A program made the translations under genes and the position numbers. The notes under the pieces are model-generated. The model was not told where the DNA came from, searched no databases, and worked only from the letters and a program-made list of their open reading frames with translations. Of a stretch of DNA of 39,825 bases, positions 9,035-19,061 are shown piece after piece; the first letter of the stretch is position 1; the number at the start of each line of letters is the position of its first letter. Source of the stretch: Campylobacterota bacterium (GTDB taxonomy: Bacteria > Campylobacterota > Campylobacteria > Campylobacterales > Sulfurimonadaceae); the NCBI GenBank assembly GCA_034717415.1, contig JAYELK010000126.1, positions 1-39,825 on the forward strand. Direction: 5' to 3'.

Positions 9035-9067
9035 TACAATTCTTTAAATGACTGACGGTCGGTCATT
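9035..9067 (+). promoter_or_regulatory. -10 box and probable TetR operator
   Basis: TACAAT at 9035-9040, then imperfect palindrome AATGACTGAC-G-GTCGGTCATT (9047-9067) just upstream of the tetR start. Confidence 0.7.
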
Positions 9068-9085
9068 ATTCAAACAGGGAGAACT

Positions 9086-9685
9086 ATGGCAATTATTGTA
9101 GATAAAGTACAAAAAAGAAAAGATATAGCCTTAGCATGCAGGGAGATATTTTTTCAGCATGGCATAAAAGATTTAACTATCTCACAGATTGCGAAAACGG
9201 CAGGTATAGGAAAAGGTACACTATATGACTATTTTAAAAACAAGGAAGATATTGTATTTGAAATAGTAAATATATTGGTCCAAGAGCGAAATACAATTGT
9301 AGAAAAACAGATGTCTGAACTAACAATTACAAAAGATAAAATCAAACTCTTTTCCAGTTTTTTTTATAGTGATAAAGATATTGAGCTTAGACAACTTTAT
9401 AAAGAGTTTATCTCTATCTCTCTTAGTTCACCGGATGAGAAGATGATTGAGTTTCAAACAAAATGTTTTGAACTTCATTATGTTTGGTTTGAAAAAATTA
9501 TTCAAGATGCGATAGATAGTGGTGAGATCATAGAACAATCAAAATGCCTTACTAGAGGTATGTTTGTAACTGCTGATGGGATGTTTATAGCCAGTTCATC
9601 AACGAATGCGATTGAGGATGTTCAGCAAGAGATTAACAACTATATTGATGCAATATTTGAACTGATAGAGGTTAAGAAACAGTGA
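9086..9685 (+). CDS. TetR/AcrR family transcriptional regulator
   Basis: TISQIAKTAGIGKGTLYDYFKNKEDI helix-turn-helix. Confidence 0.93.
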   Translation: MAIIVDKVQKRKDIALACREIFFQHGIKDLTISQIAKTAGIGKGTLYDYFKNKEDIVFEIVNILVQERNTIVEKQMSELTITKDKIKLFSSFFYSDKDIELRQLYKEFISISLSSPDEKMIEFQTKCFELHYVWFEKIIQDAIDSGEIIEQSKCLTRGMFVTADGMFIASSSTNAIEDVQQEINNYIDAIFELIEVKKQ

Positions 9686-10905
9686 GATTGTTAATTTTAA
9701 TTATTCCTATTTTTATATATGCAGAAAGTTTGAAATCACTGCTTGATTTTTCAACTCAACATAGTGATTTAGTAGTGTCAAAAACTCTAACACAAAAAGC
9801 AAAAAGCATAAGCGTTGAAGCTAAAAAAAGTGCATACTATCCAACTATAGATATAGGTGCTTTTTATCAAACGCTCCAAGAGAGAACGCCTATGCAAGCA
9901 GGTGATGTTTATAGTGGATATGCAAAAATAGGGTTTGAGATATATGATGGTGGGAAGAAATCAGCACTGCTTTGTCAAAGTGAAAATGAGCATAAAGCAA
10001 GTAGTTTTGATCTAGGAGCAACAAAAAAAAGCTTGAGTTTGCAGATAGTTCAAGATTTTTTCAACATAAAGAGTCTCAAAGCTAGTCTCAAATCAAGAGA
10101 TGAAGCGAAAAATTCACTACAGGAGCAACTAGTCAGAATGGAGAGATTTTTTCTTGCAAAGGTTGCCACAAAAGATGATGTAGATAGGCTACAAGCAGCT
10201 TATGATACAAATATCTACGAGATGGAGTCTATAAAACTTCAAATACTCTCTTTGAAAAAATCCTTAGAGTTAAAAGTCGGAAAAACTATAATAAGCTTTG
10301 ATGATTCCAAGTTTAAAGAGTTTAAAGAGCATAAAATCAAGACAATGGACAGTGTTAAATCTCTAATAGCCAAAAGAGATGCTTTAGTAAGTGGTGCAGA
10401 GTCAGTAGATAGCCTTTACTATCCACAAATAAAGATAGAAGATACTTATAGTGTTTATGGATATGAGAGAGTAGATGCCATGCATCCCAAGGGTGTTGAT
10501 AATCAAAACAAATTGATGCTTTCTTTAAATCTAAGACTCTTTGATAAAGGAAGTGTGGCAAAAAGTAAAGAGACTCTTATGATTGATTCTCAAGCACTAA
10601 ATGCTCAACTTTTCTTTAGTAAAAAAGAGCAGCAGATGCAGTATGAATTGGCACTATCGAGAATTCAGACAAGCAGGATAAAAATTAAAAGTGCCAAGAG
10701 TGCTTTAGTTTCGGCATCTAGTGCATTTAAGACCATAAGTAAAAAGTATGATGCAGGTATAGTTGATAATGTAGTTTATTTGGATGCACTTAGTTCTCAA
10801 ACAAGGGCTAAAGCACTATATGAAACATCTTTGAATGATTTGGAAGTGGCTTTTGCTTCGTACTATTACTATGCAGGAAAAAATATAGAGGAATTTTTAA
10901 AATGA
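9682..10905 (+). CDS. TolC-family outer membrane efflux protein
   Basis: Two repeated OEP halves (YYPTIDI / YYPQIKI), KYDAG...YLDA; operon context. Confidence 0.88.
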   Translation: MRLLILIIPIFIYAESLKSLLDFSTQHSDLVVSKTLTQKAKSISVEAKKSAYYPTIDIGAFYQTLQERTPMQAGDVYSGYAKIGFEIYDGGKKSALLCQSENEHKASSFDLGATKKSLSLQIVQDFFNIKSLKASLKSRDEAKNSLQEQLVRMERFFLAKVATKDDVDRLQAAYDTNIYEMESIKLQILSLKKSLELKVGKTIISFDDSKFKEFKEHKIKTMDSVKSLIAKRDALVSGAESVDSLYYPQIKIEDTYSVYGYERVDAMHPKGVDNQNKLMLSLNLRLFDKGSVAKSKETLMIDSQALNAQLFFSKKEQQMQYELALSRIQTSRIKIKSAKSALVSASSAFKTISKKYDAGIVDNVVYLDALSSQTRAKALYETSLNDLEVAFASYYYYAGKNIEEFLK

Positions 10906-11654
10906 TAAGAACAATTTTAGCTTTTGTAGCTTTAGCAGTTAGTCTGAGTGCAGCAGAGATATATGCGACTTTTAATATCCAAGCAGATAAAAGTGCAGAT
11001 TTAGCCTTTTACTCTAGTGGAATTATAGAGAAAATTTTTGTAGATACTTCAAGTGTTGTAAAAAAAGGCGATAAGTTAGCCCAACTCAACAATGATGACC
11101 TAAAAGCTTCTCTTTTGATTGCTAAAGCTTCTTTACAAAATACAGAGATAATTTTAAAATTTGCAAAAAAAGATTATGAGAGACAGTTACTGATAAAAGA
11201 CCTGATAGATGAAGCAAAGTTTGACCAATATAAATTGAGTTACGAAAAAGCAAAAGTAGCAACTATCCAAGCAGAAGCAAATCTGGCTTATCAGCAATCA
11301 CTTTTAGATAGAAGTGTGATTTTGGCTCCTTTTGATGGTGTGATTTTTGAAAAAAGTGCAGAAGTCGGAGATGTAGTAAGTGGTCTAATGCTTAGAACAA
11401 TTTTTAAGATTCAAAGCCTAAATAAGAGAGATTTGATTTTAGAGTTTGACCAGAAATATTGGAGAGTAGTCAGAGTCGGGGATAAAGTCAGATACACGGT
11501 AAACGGGGATGACAACAGCTATAAAGGTAAAATCTCTAAACTATATCCACATGCTAACAGTGATAACAGAAAGATAAAAGCCGAGGTAGAGGCAGAAGGT
11601 TTTGTAGTTGGTCTTTTTGGTGAGGGGTATATAATCGTACCTGATAAAAGGTAG
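10902..11654 (+). CDS. RND efflux periplasmic adaptor (MFP)
   Basis: SGIIEKI...VKKGDKLAQL and ILAPFDGVI lipoyl halves around an alpha-helical hairpin. Confidence 0.9.
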   Translation: MIRTILAFVALAVSLSAAEIYATFNIQADKSADLAFYSSGIIEKIFVDTSSVVKKGDKLAQLNNDDLKASLLIAKASLQNTEIILKFAKKDYERQLLIKDLIDEAKFDQYKLSYEKAKVATIQAEANLAYQQSLLDRSVILAPFDGVIFEKSAEVGDVVSGLMLRTIFKIQSLNKRDLILEFDQKYWRVVRVGDKVRYTVNGDDNSYKGKISKLYPHANSDNRKIKAEVEAEGFVVGLFGEGYIIVPDKR

Positions 11655-11660
11655 TGATTT

Positions 11661-14600
11661 ATGTATAAATTTGCCATAAATAGACCAATCACAACTCTGA
11701 TGTATGTGGTTTCTCTAGTAATATTTGGATGGATGAGTTATAAGTCTATGCCATCAGCACTCTATCCTAATGTCGATTTTCCCCTTGTGACTATTAAGAC
11801 GGTCTATCCGGGGGCAGAAGCAAGCACAGTAGAATCTCAACTAACAGATAAGATAGAAGAGGCAGTCTCAAGTATTGGGGGCATTGACAATATCATCTCT
11901 ACAAGCAGTGAGGGTGTTAGTATAGTTGTTGTAAAGTTTTTTTTAGCCAGAGATATTAATGAAGCTACAAATGATGTTAGAGATAAGGTCTCGGCAATTA
12001 TTTTACCAAAAGATTCCAGAACACCACTTGTAAGTAAGCTAGACATTGGTGGAGCATCAATAATAAATATCTTTTTAACTGCAAAAAATGAGACTATTGG
12101 AAATCTGATGTTATTTGCAGATGAAAAAGTAAAACCAAAACTCCAAAAGATAAATGGTGTCGGTGGCGTTAATATTATCGGTTATAAAGATAGAGAGATA
12201 AAGATATATCCTGACCCTAAGCTTTTAAATAAGTTTGATATAACAGTACAAGAGTTAAATAACATAGTGGTAAAAGAGAATGTAAAAATAGGTGGTGGTA
12301 AACTAATCACAAAAAGTGAAGAGTTTATACTAAAAACAAAAGCAGATGCTCTAACCATAGAAGAACTTAAAAATATAAAAATCAAAGATGATATAAAACT
12401 AAAAGATATTGCAAGAGTAGAAGATGGGCTAAGTGATGCAAAGAGTTATGCTTCGTATAATGGAGTAGAGGGTGTTATGCTTGAAGTTCAAAAAATTTCA
12501 GGAACAAATACCATAGATATTATTGAAAATGTAAAAAGCATACTTCCTTCTTTAGAGGCTTTAGCTACTGATAGCTATGAAGTCATAGTTTTAAATGACA
12601 CCTCTCCTTTTATTATTCACTCTTTAGAAGATGTAGAGTTTGACTTGATTTATGGTGCAATTTTAGCTGCTATTATTATATTTGTGTTTTTGAGAAATAT
12701 GACTATTACCATAGTTTCTGCTCTATCTATTCCAGCTTCTATTATGGGTACTTTTGCTTTGATGGATTATATGGGTTTTGAACTTAATAAGATGACGCTG
12801 ATTGGGCTTACTTTAGCTATAGGTGTTATTATAGATGATGCCATTGTTGTTATTGAGAATATCTATAAAAAGATGGAAGCAGGTATGAGCAAACTTGAAG
12901 CAGCAGTAGAGGGTACAAAAGAGATGGCATTTACCATTCTTGCAATCTCAGCAATGCTTTTGGCTGTTTTTGTACCTGTTTCGTTTATGAGTGGAATCGT
13001 TGGTAAGTTTTTTGAATCATTTGCGATGACGGTTGGATTTGCGATTATTATCTCATACTCTATTGCTCTTAGTTTTATCCCAAGTTTTAGTGCTAGGATT
13101 CTAAGTAAGGGAGAGAGCAGGTTTTATAACTTAACAGAACCTATGTTTTTAGCGATAGAGAGAGTTTATGAAAAGATTTTAAAACTTGTTCTGAGATTTA
13201 AAATCATAACTCTGATTCTTGTTTTTGCTCTGTTTTTTGCCTCTCTTAGTCTATTTCCAAAGATCGGTATGGATTTTATCCCCAAAGAGGATAAGTCTGA
13301 ACTCGAAGTAAAGATAAAAGCAGATTCAGGTATTTCATTGGAGGAGATGATTCTCAAATCAAAAGCTGTCCAGAAGATAGTAAGAGAGGATCCGAGCGTT
13401 CTCTACACTACTTTAAGCATAGGTTACACAACAGCACAAGAGAACCATAAGGCTCTCATATATGTAAAACTGGTTGAAAAAGACAAGAGAGAACTAAATC
13501 AAGAAGAGGTAACTCAATCTCTTCGAGATAAGTTAAAACCATTTGCTAAAGATATGTTTATAACAGCTGCTGCTATTCCAAATATCAAGGGAGCAGGTGC
13601 ATCTGTTCCATATCAAATAGTTTTAAAATCTGATTCTTTTGAGGATTTGGAAGTTGCAACAAAAAACTTGACAGAGTATATAGCTAAAAAAGAGGGATTT
13701 GTTGATATAGATACAAACTTAGATGAGGCAAAACCACAAATAGATATAAATATTTTAAGACAAAATGCTTCTAGGCTTGGTATATCTGCTTCTCAAATTT
13801 CACAAGCCATATTTACGGCATTTTCAAGTGACTTGGAAATTTCATACTTTGAAGAGAATGGAAAACAGTATAACATTACCTTGAGATTTGATGATGAAAA
13901 CAGAGTAAGCATAGATGATATAAAAAAGATTCAACTCCGCGGGGATAATGGTCAAGCTGTTTATCTTGATGGTTTAGTTACTTTTAGTAAGAACAAGGCT
14001 CTCTCTTGCATAAATCATTTTGACAGACAGAGACAAGTTACTATCTATTCTGATCTGTTTGGTCTTGATTTAGGTGGAGCTGTCTCTTACACTAGGGAGG
14101 GTATTGATGAGTTGATGCCAGAGGGTGTTACATATAGATTTACAGGTTTTGCTGAAGAGATGGAAAAAACAGGTAAAGCTTTTGGGGTAGCACTTGGATT
14201 GTCTGTGATTATTATGTTTATTATTTTAGCGATTCTTTATGAGTCACTTATTCAACCCATAATTATAATGATAGCATTGCCTTTAAGTATAATAGGGGTA
14301 ATGTTAGCTCTTTATCTCTCTGGATTGCAATTTAGTCTCTTTGTTGTGATTGGGTTTATGCTGCTTATGGGTATGGTTGGTAAAAATGCCGTACTTCTTG
14401 TGGACTTTGCAAATGGTGCTATGGATAGAGGAAAAAATGCAGATGAAGCACTTATCGAGGCTGGAGAGAAAAGACTTAGACCGATTTTAATGACTACTGT
14501 TGCTATGGTCTTTGCTATGTTGCCTCTAGCTCTAGGAGATGGACTAGGAAGTGAGACAAAAGCACCAATGGCGATCTCAATTATCGGTGGACTTTTGAGT

Positions 14601-14702
14601 TCTATGGTTTTAACCCTTTTAGTTGTGCCAGTAATGTATAGACTTATCAATCCTCTTGATAGATATTTAAGAGGGTTTTATGAAGTAGGGGAAGTTAAAT
14701 AG
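11661..14702 (+). CDS. RND efflux permease (AcrB/HAE1 family)
   Basis: 1013 aa; FAINRP, IGVIIDDAIVVIENI, KNAVLLVDF, RLRPILMTT. Confidence 0.95.
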   Translation: MYKFAINRPITTLMYVVSLVIFGWMSYKSMPSALYPNVDFPLVTIKTVYPGAEASTVESQLTDKIEEAVSSIGGIDNIISTSSEGVSIVVVKFFLARDINEATNDVRDKVSAIILPKDSRTPLVSKLDIGGASIINIFLTAKNETIGNLMLFADEKVKPKLQKINGVGGVNIIGYKDREIKIYPDPKLLNKFDITVQELNNIVVKENVKIGGGKLITKSEEFILKTKADALTIEELKNIKIKDDIKLKDIARVEDGLSDAKSYASYNGVEGVMLEVQKISGTNTIDIIENVKSILPSLEALATDSYEVIVLNDTSPFIIHSLEDVEFDLIYGAILAAIIIFVFLRNMTITIVSALSIPASIMGTFALMDYMGFELNKMTLIGLTLAIGVIIDDAIVVIENIYKKMEAGMSKLEAAVEGTKEMAFTILAISAMLLAVFVPVSFMSGIVGKFFESFAMTVGFAIIISYSIALSFIPSFSARILSKGESRFYNLTEPMFLAIERVYEKILKLVLRFKIITLILVFALFFASLSLFPKIGMDFIPKEDKSELEVKIKADSGISLEEMILKSKAVQKIVREDPSVLYTTLSIGYTTAQENHKALIYVKLVEKDKRELNQEEVTQSLRDKLKPFAKDMFITAAAIPNIKGAGASVPYQIVLKSDSFEDLEVATKNLTEYIAKKEGFVDIDTNLDEAKPQIDINILRQNASRLGISASQISQAIFTAFSSDLEISYFEENGKQYNITLRFDDENRVSIDDIKKIQLRGDNGQAVYLDGLVTFSKNKALSCINHFDRQRQVTIYSDLFGLDLGGAVSYTREGIDELMPEGVTYRFTGFAEEMEKTGKAFGVALGLSVIIMFIILAILYESLIQPIIIMIALPLSIIGVMLALYLSGLQFSLFVVIGFMLLMGMVGKNAVLLVDFANGAMDRGKNADEALIEAGEKRLRPILMTTVAMVFAMLPLALGDGLGSETKAPMAISIIGGLLSSMVLTLLVVPVMYRLINPLDRYLRGFYEVGEVK

Positions 14703-14802
14703 CCAATTGTAGAGTTTGTTTTAAAAGTTGCAGTTTAGAGTTAAACTTTGGGTTTATTTGAGTTTAGCTAAATGATTAAACAAAACTTAAAGCTTACTTG
14801 GG

Positions 14803-14808
14803 TATAAT
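14803..14808 (+). promoter_or_regulatory. -10 box of the rplU promoter
   Basis: TATAAT 42 nt upstream of the rplU ATG. Confidence 0.55.
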
Positions 14809-14850
14809 TCCGAACTTTTTAGTAGAATTATAAAGATTTAAGGACCGTAT

Positions 14851-15159
14851 ATGTACGCAATTATTAAAAATGGTGGTAAGCAGTATAAAGTTCAAGAGGG
14901 TGATATTTTATCACTTGACAAAATGTCACTTGAGCCAAAAGCTACTATCGAGATCAAAGAAGTTTTAGCAGTTAATGCTGGTGAACTTAAAATGGGAGCT
15001 CCTTTTGTTGAAGGTGCTGTTGTAACTGCTGAGGTTATCAACGAAGGTCGTGACAAGAAAGTTGTTATTTTCAAAAAGCGTCGTCGTAAAGATAGTAAAG
15101 TTAAAAGAGGTTTCAGAAGAGACTTCACTCGTGTTCGTATCACGAAAATAGCAGCATAA
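14851..15159 (+). CDS. rplU: 50S ribosomal protein L21
   Basis: [14 protein letters not shown]; [16 protein letters not shown]. Confidence 0.98.
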   Translation: MYAIIKNGGKQYKVQEGDILSLDKMSLEPKATIEIKEVLAVNAGELKMGAPFVEGAVVTAEVINEGRDKKVVIFKKRRRKDSKVKRGFRRDFTRVRITKIAA

Positions 15160-15174
15160 TAACAAAAACAATAT

Positions 15175-15302
15175 AGCGACTAGTTGCGTGAGCTTTCTGC
15201 TAAAGAAAACTTAGCGTTAGCGTAGCAGGAGGGACTTTGTTCCTTCTGTGTAATAAATTAAAATAAAGAGGTTCCTTAAATTTAGGAACTAAATTTAAGG
15301 AG
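15175..15302 (+). promoter_or_regulatory. Structured rplU-rpmA intergenic region
   Basis: Hairpin 15225-15249 and perfect 13-bp hairpin 15273-15301 covering the rpmA SD. Confidence 0.55.
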
Positions 15303-15309
15303 ATGTAAG

Positions 15310-15567
15310 ATGGCACATAAGAAAGGTCAAGGTAGTACACAGAATAATCGTGACTCGGCTGGTAGAAGACTTGGTGTAAAGAAATATGGTGGAGAAGCTG
15401 TAATCGCTGGTAATATCATTATTCGTCAAAGAGGAACTAAAGTTCATCCTGGTAATAATGTAGGTATGGGGAAAGATCATACAATATTTGCACTAGTTGA
15501 TGGTGTTGTTGCTTTTGAAAGAAAAGATAAAAAGCGTCAACAAGTATCAATAATACCTGCTGTATAA
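15310..15567 (+). CDS. rpmA: 50S ribosomal protein L27
   Basis: [16 protein letters not shown]...RQRGTK. Confidence 0.98.
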   Translation: MAHKKGQGSTQNNRDSAGRRLGVKKYGGEAVIAGNIIIRQRGTKVHPGNNVGMGKDHTIFALVDGVVAFERKDKKRQQVSIIPAV

Positions 15568-15574
15568 TTCTACA

Positions 15575-15602
15575 TATCTGAGCTTCTGGCTCAGATAGTT
15601 TC
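15575..15602 (+). terminator. Intrinsic terminator-like hairpin after rpmA
   Basis: TATCTGAGC-ttctg-GCTCAGATA followed by a short T run. Confidence 0.6.
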
Positions 15603-15666
15603 TACCTCACAGAGTTTTAAACTCTTTCACAATTTAATAAAAATTTTTCAAGCATAAGGAAAAACA

Positions 15667-16767
15667 ATGTTCACAGATAGTGTCGAATTAACAGTTTCAT
15701 CAGGTAAAGGTGGACAAGGATGTGTAGCATTTCGTCGTGAAAAGTTTGTATTAAATGGTGGTCCAAATGGTGGTGACGGTGGAAAAGGTGGTGATATCTG
15801 GTTTAGATGTGACAATAACACTCATACACTATCTCACTTTCAAAGAAAGATGCATATAAAGGCAGATGGTGGTGCTCAGGGTGAAGGCTCAAATTGTACT
15901 GGCAAATCAGGGGCTAAAAAAATTATTATTGTTCCTCCGGGAACTCAAATTTTAGATATGGATAGTGGTGAAGTGCTTTTTGATATGTTAAAGCATGGTC
16001 AAGAGGCTAAGTTTATCCAAGGTGGAAAGGGTGGACTTGGTAACACTCACTTTAAATCACCAACAAACCAGAGACCAACTTATGCACAACCGGGTGAAAA
16101 GGGTGAAACTAGAAGTATAAAACTAGATCTTAAGCTTATAGCAGATGTAGGTTTGGTCGGTTTTCCAAATGTTGGAAAATCAACTCTGATTTCAACAGTT
16201 TCAAATGCTCGTCCGGAGATTGCAAACTATGAGTTTACAACACTTACTCCAAAGCTTGGACAAGTAAATATTGGAGATTTTGAGTCATTTGTAATGGCAG
16301 ATATACCCGGTATTATCGGTGGAGCTCATGAGGGTAAAGGTCTTGGAATTCAATTTTTAAGACATATCGAGAGAACTAAAACAGTTCTATATATGGTAGA
16401 TTTGGCTTCATATAGAGAGTTAAAAGAGCAGATTGAAGTACTTAAAGATGAGATAGCTTCATTTTCTGAGAAATTAGGTGAGAGTAAATATGCTATCGCT
16501 TTAACAAGAGTAGATGTAGTTGCACCTAATGAGATAAACGAGTTGGTTTTGGGCTTTTTAGACCTGTTAGGCCTAGAAGCTTCTAAAACAAATGAGTTTG
16601 ATTTTGATAATGAGATGCCGTTTTTTGTACAAGATTCAGCAGATGAGACTTTAGGCTATGATAAAACTAAGCCATACTTAGTTGCACCAATATCTTCGGT
16701 AACAAGCAAGAATATCCAAGCACTTAAATACTCGCTATTTAATCTAGTGCAATCAGATCGTAAATAG
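15667..16767 (+). CDS. obgE: GTPase ObgE/CgtA
   Basis: Gly-rich Obg domain, GFPNVGKST, YEFTTL, DIPG. Confidence 0.97.
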   Translation: MFTDSVELTVSSGKGGQGCVAFRREKFVLNGGPNGGDGGKGGDIWFRCDNNTHTLSHFQRKMHIKADGGAQGEGSNCTGKSGAKKIIIVPPGTQILDMDSGEVLFDMLKHGQEAKFIQGGKGGLGNTHFKSPTNQRPTYAQPGEKGETRSIKLDLKLIADVGLVGFPNVGKSTLISTVSNARPEIANYEFTTLTPKLGQVNIGDFESFVMADIPGIIGGAHEGKGLGIQFLRHIERTKTVLYMVDLASYRELKEQIEVLKDEIASFSEKLGESKYAIALTRVDVVAPNEINELVLGFLDLLGLEASKTNEFDFDNEMPFFVQDSADETLGYDKTKPYLVAPISSVTSKNIQALKYSLFNLVQSDRK

Positions 16768-16769
16768 TT

Positions 16770-17540
16770 ATGAGACGAGTTGTAGTTAAGGTTGGTAGTG
16801 CTGTTTTAACTCAAAATGATGAAATTGCATTAGAGAGAATGCAGTCTTTAGTTGATTTTTTGGCAGAACTTAAAAAATCAAATGAAGTTATTTTAGTTTC
16901 TTCTGGTGCCGTTGCAGGTGGATACACAAAGCTGAAACTTGATAGAACTATTCTTAAAAACAAACAGGCACTAGCAGCTATTGGACAGCCGGTTCTTCTT
17001 AAGAAGTATGACAGAAAATTCTTAAAACATAATATTTTAGTTTCACAAGTATTGGTAACTGCTGCGAATTTGAATAAACTTGATGATATTGTAAGAGTTA
17101 AAAATACAATAGATACACTTTTAGAAAATGGTGTAATTCCTATCATAAATGAAAATGATGCAACATCAACAGATGAACTTGAACTTGGAGACAATGATCA
17201 ACTTTCAGCATACATAGCAAAACATAGTGATTCAGATATACTAATAATTCTTTCAGATATTGATGGATATTATGACCATGATCCAAGAACAAATCCACAT
17301 GCCAAGATATTAAAAGTTATAAATAGCATTGATGAAGCAGAACTTGAAAAAGAGGTCACTCCAAATAATGTTTTCGCAACGGGTGGAATAGTTACAAAAC
17401 TTAAAGCAGCCGATTATCTCTTGGCATGTGGAAAAAGCATGTTTTTAGCAAGTGGTTTTGATTTGAGTGATGTGAAAAGTTTTATGCTAGATAGTAAACA
17501 TTTAGGTGGAACTCTGTTTAAAAAGGCTAATAAACAGTGA
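16770..17540 (+). CDS. proB: Glutamate 5-kinase (no PUA domain)
   Basis: VVKVGS, VSSGAV, INEND, GDNDQLSA, TGGIVTK. Confidence 0.95.
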   Translation: MRRVVVKVGSAVLTQNDEIALERMQSLVDFLAELKKSNEVILVSSGAVAGGYTKLKLDRTILKNKQALAAIGQPVLLKKYDRKFLKHNILVSQVLVTAANLNKLDDIVRVKNTIDTLLENGVIPIINENDATSTDELELGDNDQLSAYIAKHSDSDILIILSDIDGYYDHDPRTNPHAKILKVINSIDEAELEKEVTPNNVFATGGIVTKLKAADYLLACGKSMFLASGFDLSDVKSFMLDSKHLGGTLFKKANKQ

Positions 17541-18516
17541 AAATAATATTTATGGGTACACCCGATTATGCAGAGGCAATACTGCAACGAATTATAGATA
17601 CAAAAGATATGGAAGTAGTTGCAGTTTATACCCAGCCAGATAGGTCGGTTGGTAGAAAAAAGCTTATGACCCCACCGGTTGTTAAGACCTTGGCATGTGA
17701 AAATGAGATAGTTGTTTATCAACCAAATAGAGTTCGTGATAGTGAAGTAGTTCAAGAACTTTTAAAAATTGAGTGTGATTATATAGTCGTTGCAGCTTAT
17801 GGGCAGATTCTTCCACAAGAGATTTTAAATCACGCTCCATGTATCAATCTTCATGCCAGTATCTTGCCACAATATCGTGGAGCAAGTCCGATACAGCAAA
17901 CTCTTCTAAATGATGATAAGAAGACAGGTGTAACTGCTATGCTTATGGATATAGGACTTGATACAGGAGATATTCTTAAAATTGAGACTATAGAAGTTAG
18001 TGCCGATGAGATGGTTGAGACTCTCTTTGATAGATTGACTACTACGGCATGTGATTTGACTATTGATGTTTTGCAAAATTTTATCTCTTACTCTCCAAAA
18101 CCACAAATTGATTCTCTTTGTTCACATTGTTCTAAAATAACAAAAGCAGATGGTGAAGTTGCATTTCTCAATGCAAAAGAGCTTTACAATAAGTATAGAG
18201 CATTTACTCCTTGGCCTGGAACCTATCTAAAAAGTGGTTTGAAACTTAAAAAAATAAAACTAGAAGATAGCTCAAGTTCCAATAATATTGGGCAAATTTT
18301 AAAGATTGAAGATAAGAGTATAGTAGTTGGATGTAGTGAAGGTAGTCTAAGAATTTTTAGTGTTCAGGCACCATCTAAAAAAGAGATAGATATACTCTCT
18401 TATATAAATGGAAAGAGACTTGAACATGAAGATTACCTATCTTGAAACTATCGATTCAACTCAAATATATTTAAAAAAGTTACTACAAGATAAAAACCTT
18501 GAACTTCCACATGCCA
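17294..18516. repeat. Cluster of five dispersed-motif copies
   Basis: 17294-17306 (-), 17420-17433 (+), 17689-17702 (+), 18046-18054 (+), 18505-18516 (-). Confidence 0.88.
17537..18445 (+). CDS. fmt: Methionyl-tRNA formyltransferase
   Basis: IFMGTP, TQPDR, INLHASILPQYRGASPI, GLDTGD. Confidence 0.97.
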   Translation: MKIIFMGTPDYAEAILQRIIDTKDMEVVAVYTQPDRSVGRKKLMTPPVVKTLACENEIVVYQPNRVRDSEVVQELLKIECDYIVVAAYGQILPQEILNHAPCINLHASILPQYRGASPIQQTLLNDDKKTGVTAMLMDIGLDTGDILKIETIEVSADEMVETLFDRLTTTACDLTIDVLQNFISYSPKPQIDSLCSHCSKITKADGEVAFLNAKELYNKYRAFTPWPGTYLKSGLKLKKIKLEDSSSSNNIGQILKIEDKSIVVGCSEGSLRIFSVQAPSKKEIDILSYINGKRLEHEDYLS

Positions 18517-19061
18517 TAGTTGCAAAGACTCAAACTGATGGCATAGGAAGTAGAGGAAATTCATGGAGTGGTATGGATGGAAATCTTTTTTTATCTTTTG
18601 CAACTTCTTTAGACTCTCTGCCAAAAGATTTGAAATTAGAATCTACCTCTATATATTTTGCATATCTTCTAAAAGAGATGTTAAGTGAGTTAAATTCATC
18701 TACTTGGCTAAAGTGGCCAAATGATTTCTATATTGGTGATGTAAAAATAGGTGGAATGATTACAAACATAGTTGGCACTACTCTTGTTTGTGGTGTTGGG
18801 TTAAATTTGGTTAATTCTCCAAAAGAGTTTACAACACTAGATATAAAAATTTCCAAAGATGAGTTGCTGGAAAAATATTTTAATAAAATTGAAAAAAAAG
18901 TTTCATGGAAGCAAGTTTTTAGTAAATATAAGTTAGAATTTTACCGAAACCAAAATTTTTTTACATATAAAAATAGTTTAAGAATTTCATTAGATAGTGC
19001 CACACTTCAGAGTGACGGTTCTATTATAAATAACGGCGAAAGGATATATAGTCTAAGATGA
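18426..19061 (+). CDS. birA: Biotin--[acetyl-CoA carboxylase] ligase (no N-terminal HTH)
   Basis: DSTQ, QTDGIGSRGNSW, LKWPND, KIGG; start moved to ATG 18426 (MKITYLE) to shorten the fmt overlap. Confidence 0.92.
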   Translation: MKITYLETIDSTQIYLKKLLQDKNLELPHAIVAKTQTDGIGSRGNSWSGMDGNLFLSFATSLDSLPKDLKLESTSIYFAYLLKEMLSELNSSTWLKWPNDFYIGDVKIGGMITNIVGTTLVCGVGLNLVNSPKEFTTLDIKISKDELLEKYFNKIEKKVSWKQVFSKYKLEFYRNQNFFTYKNSLRISLDSATLQSDGSIINNGERIYSLR

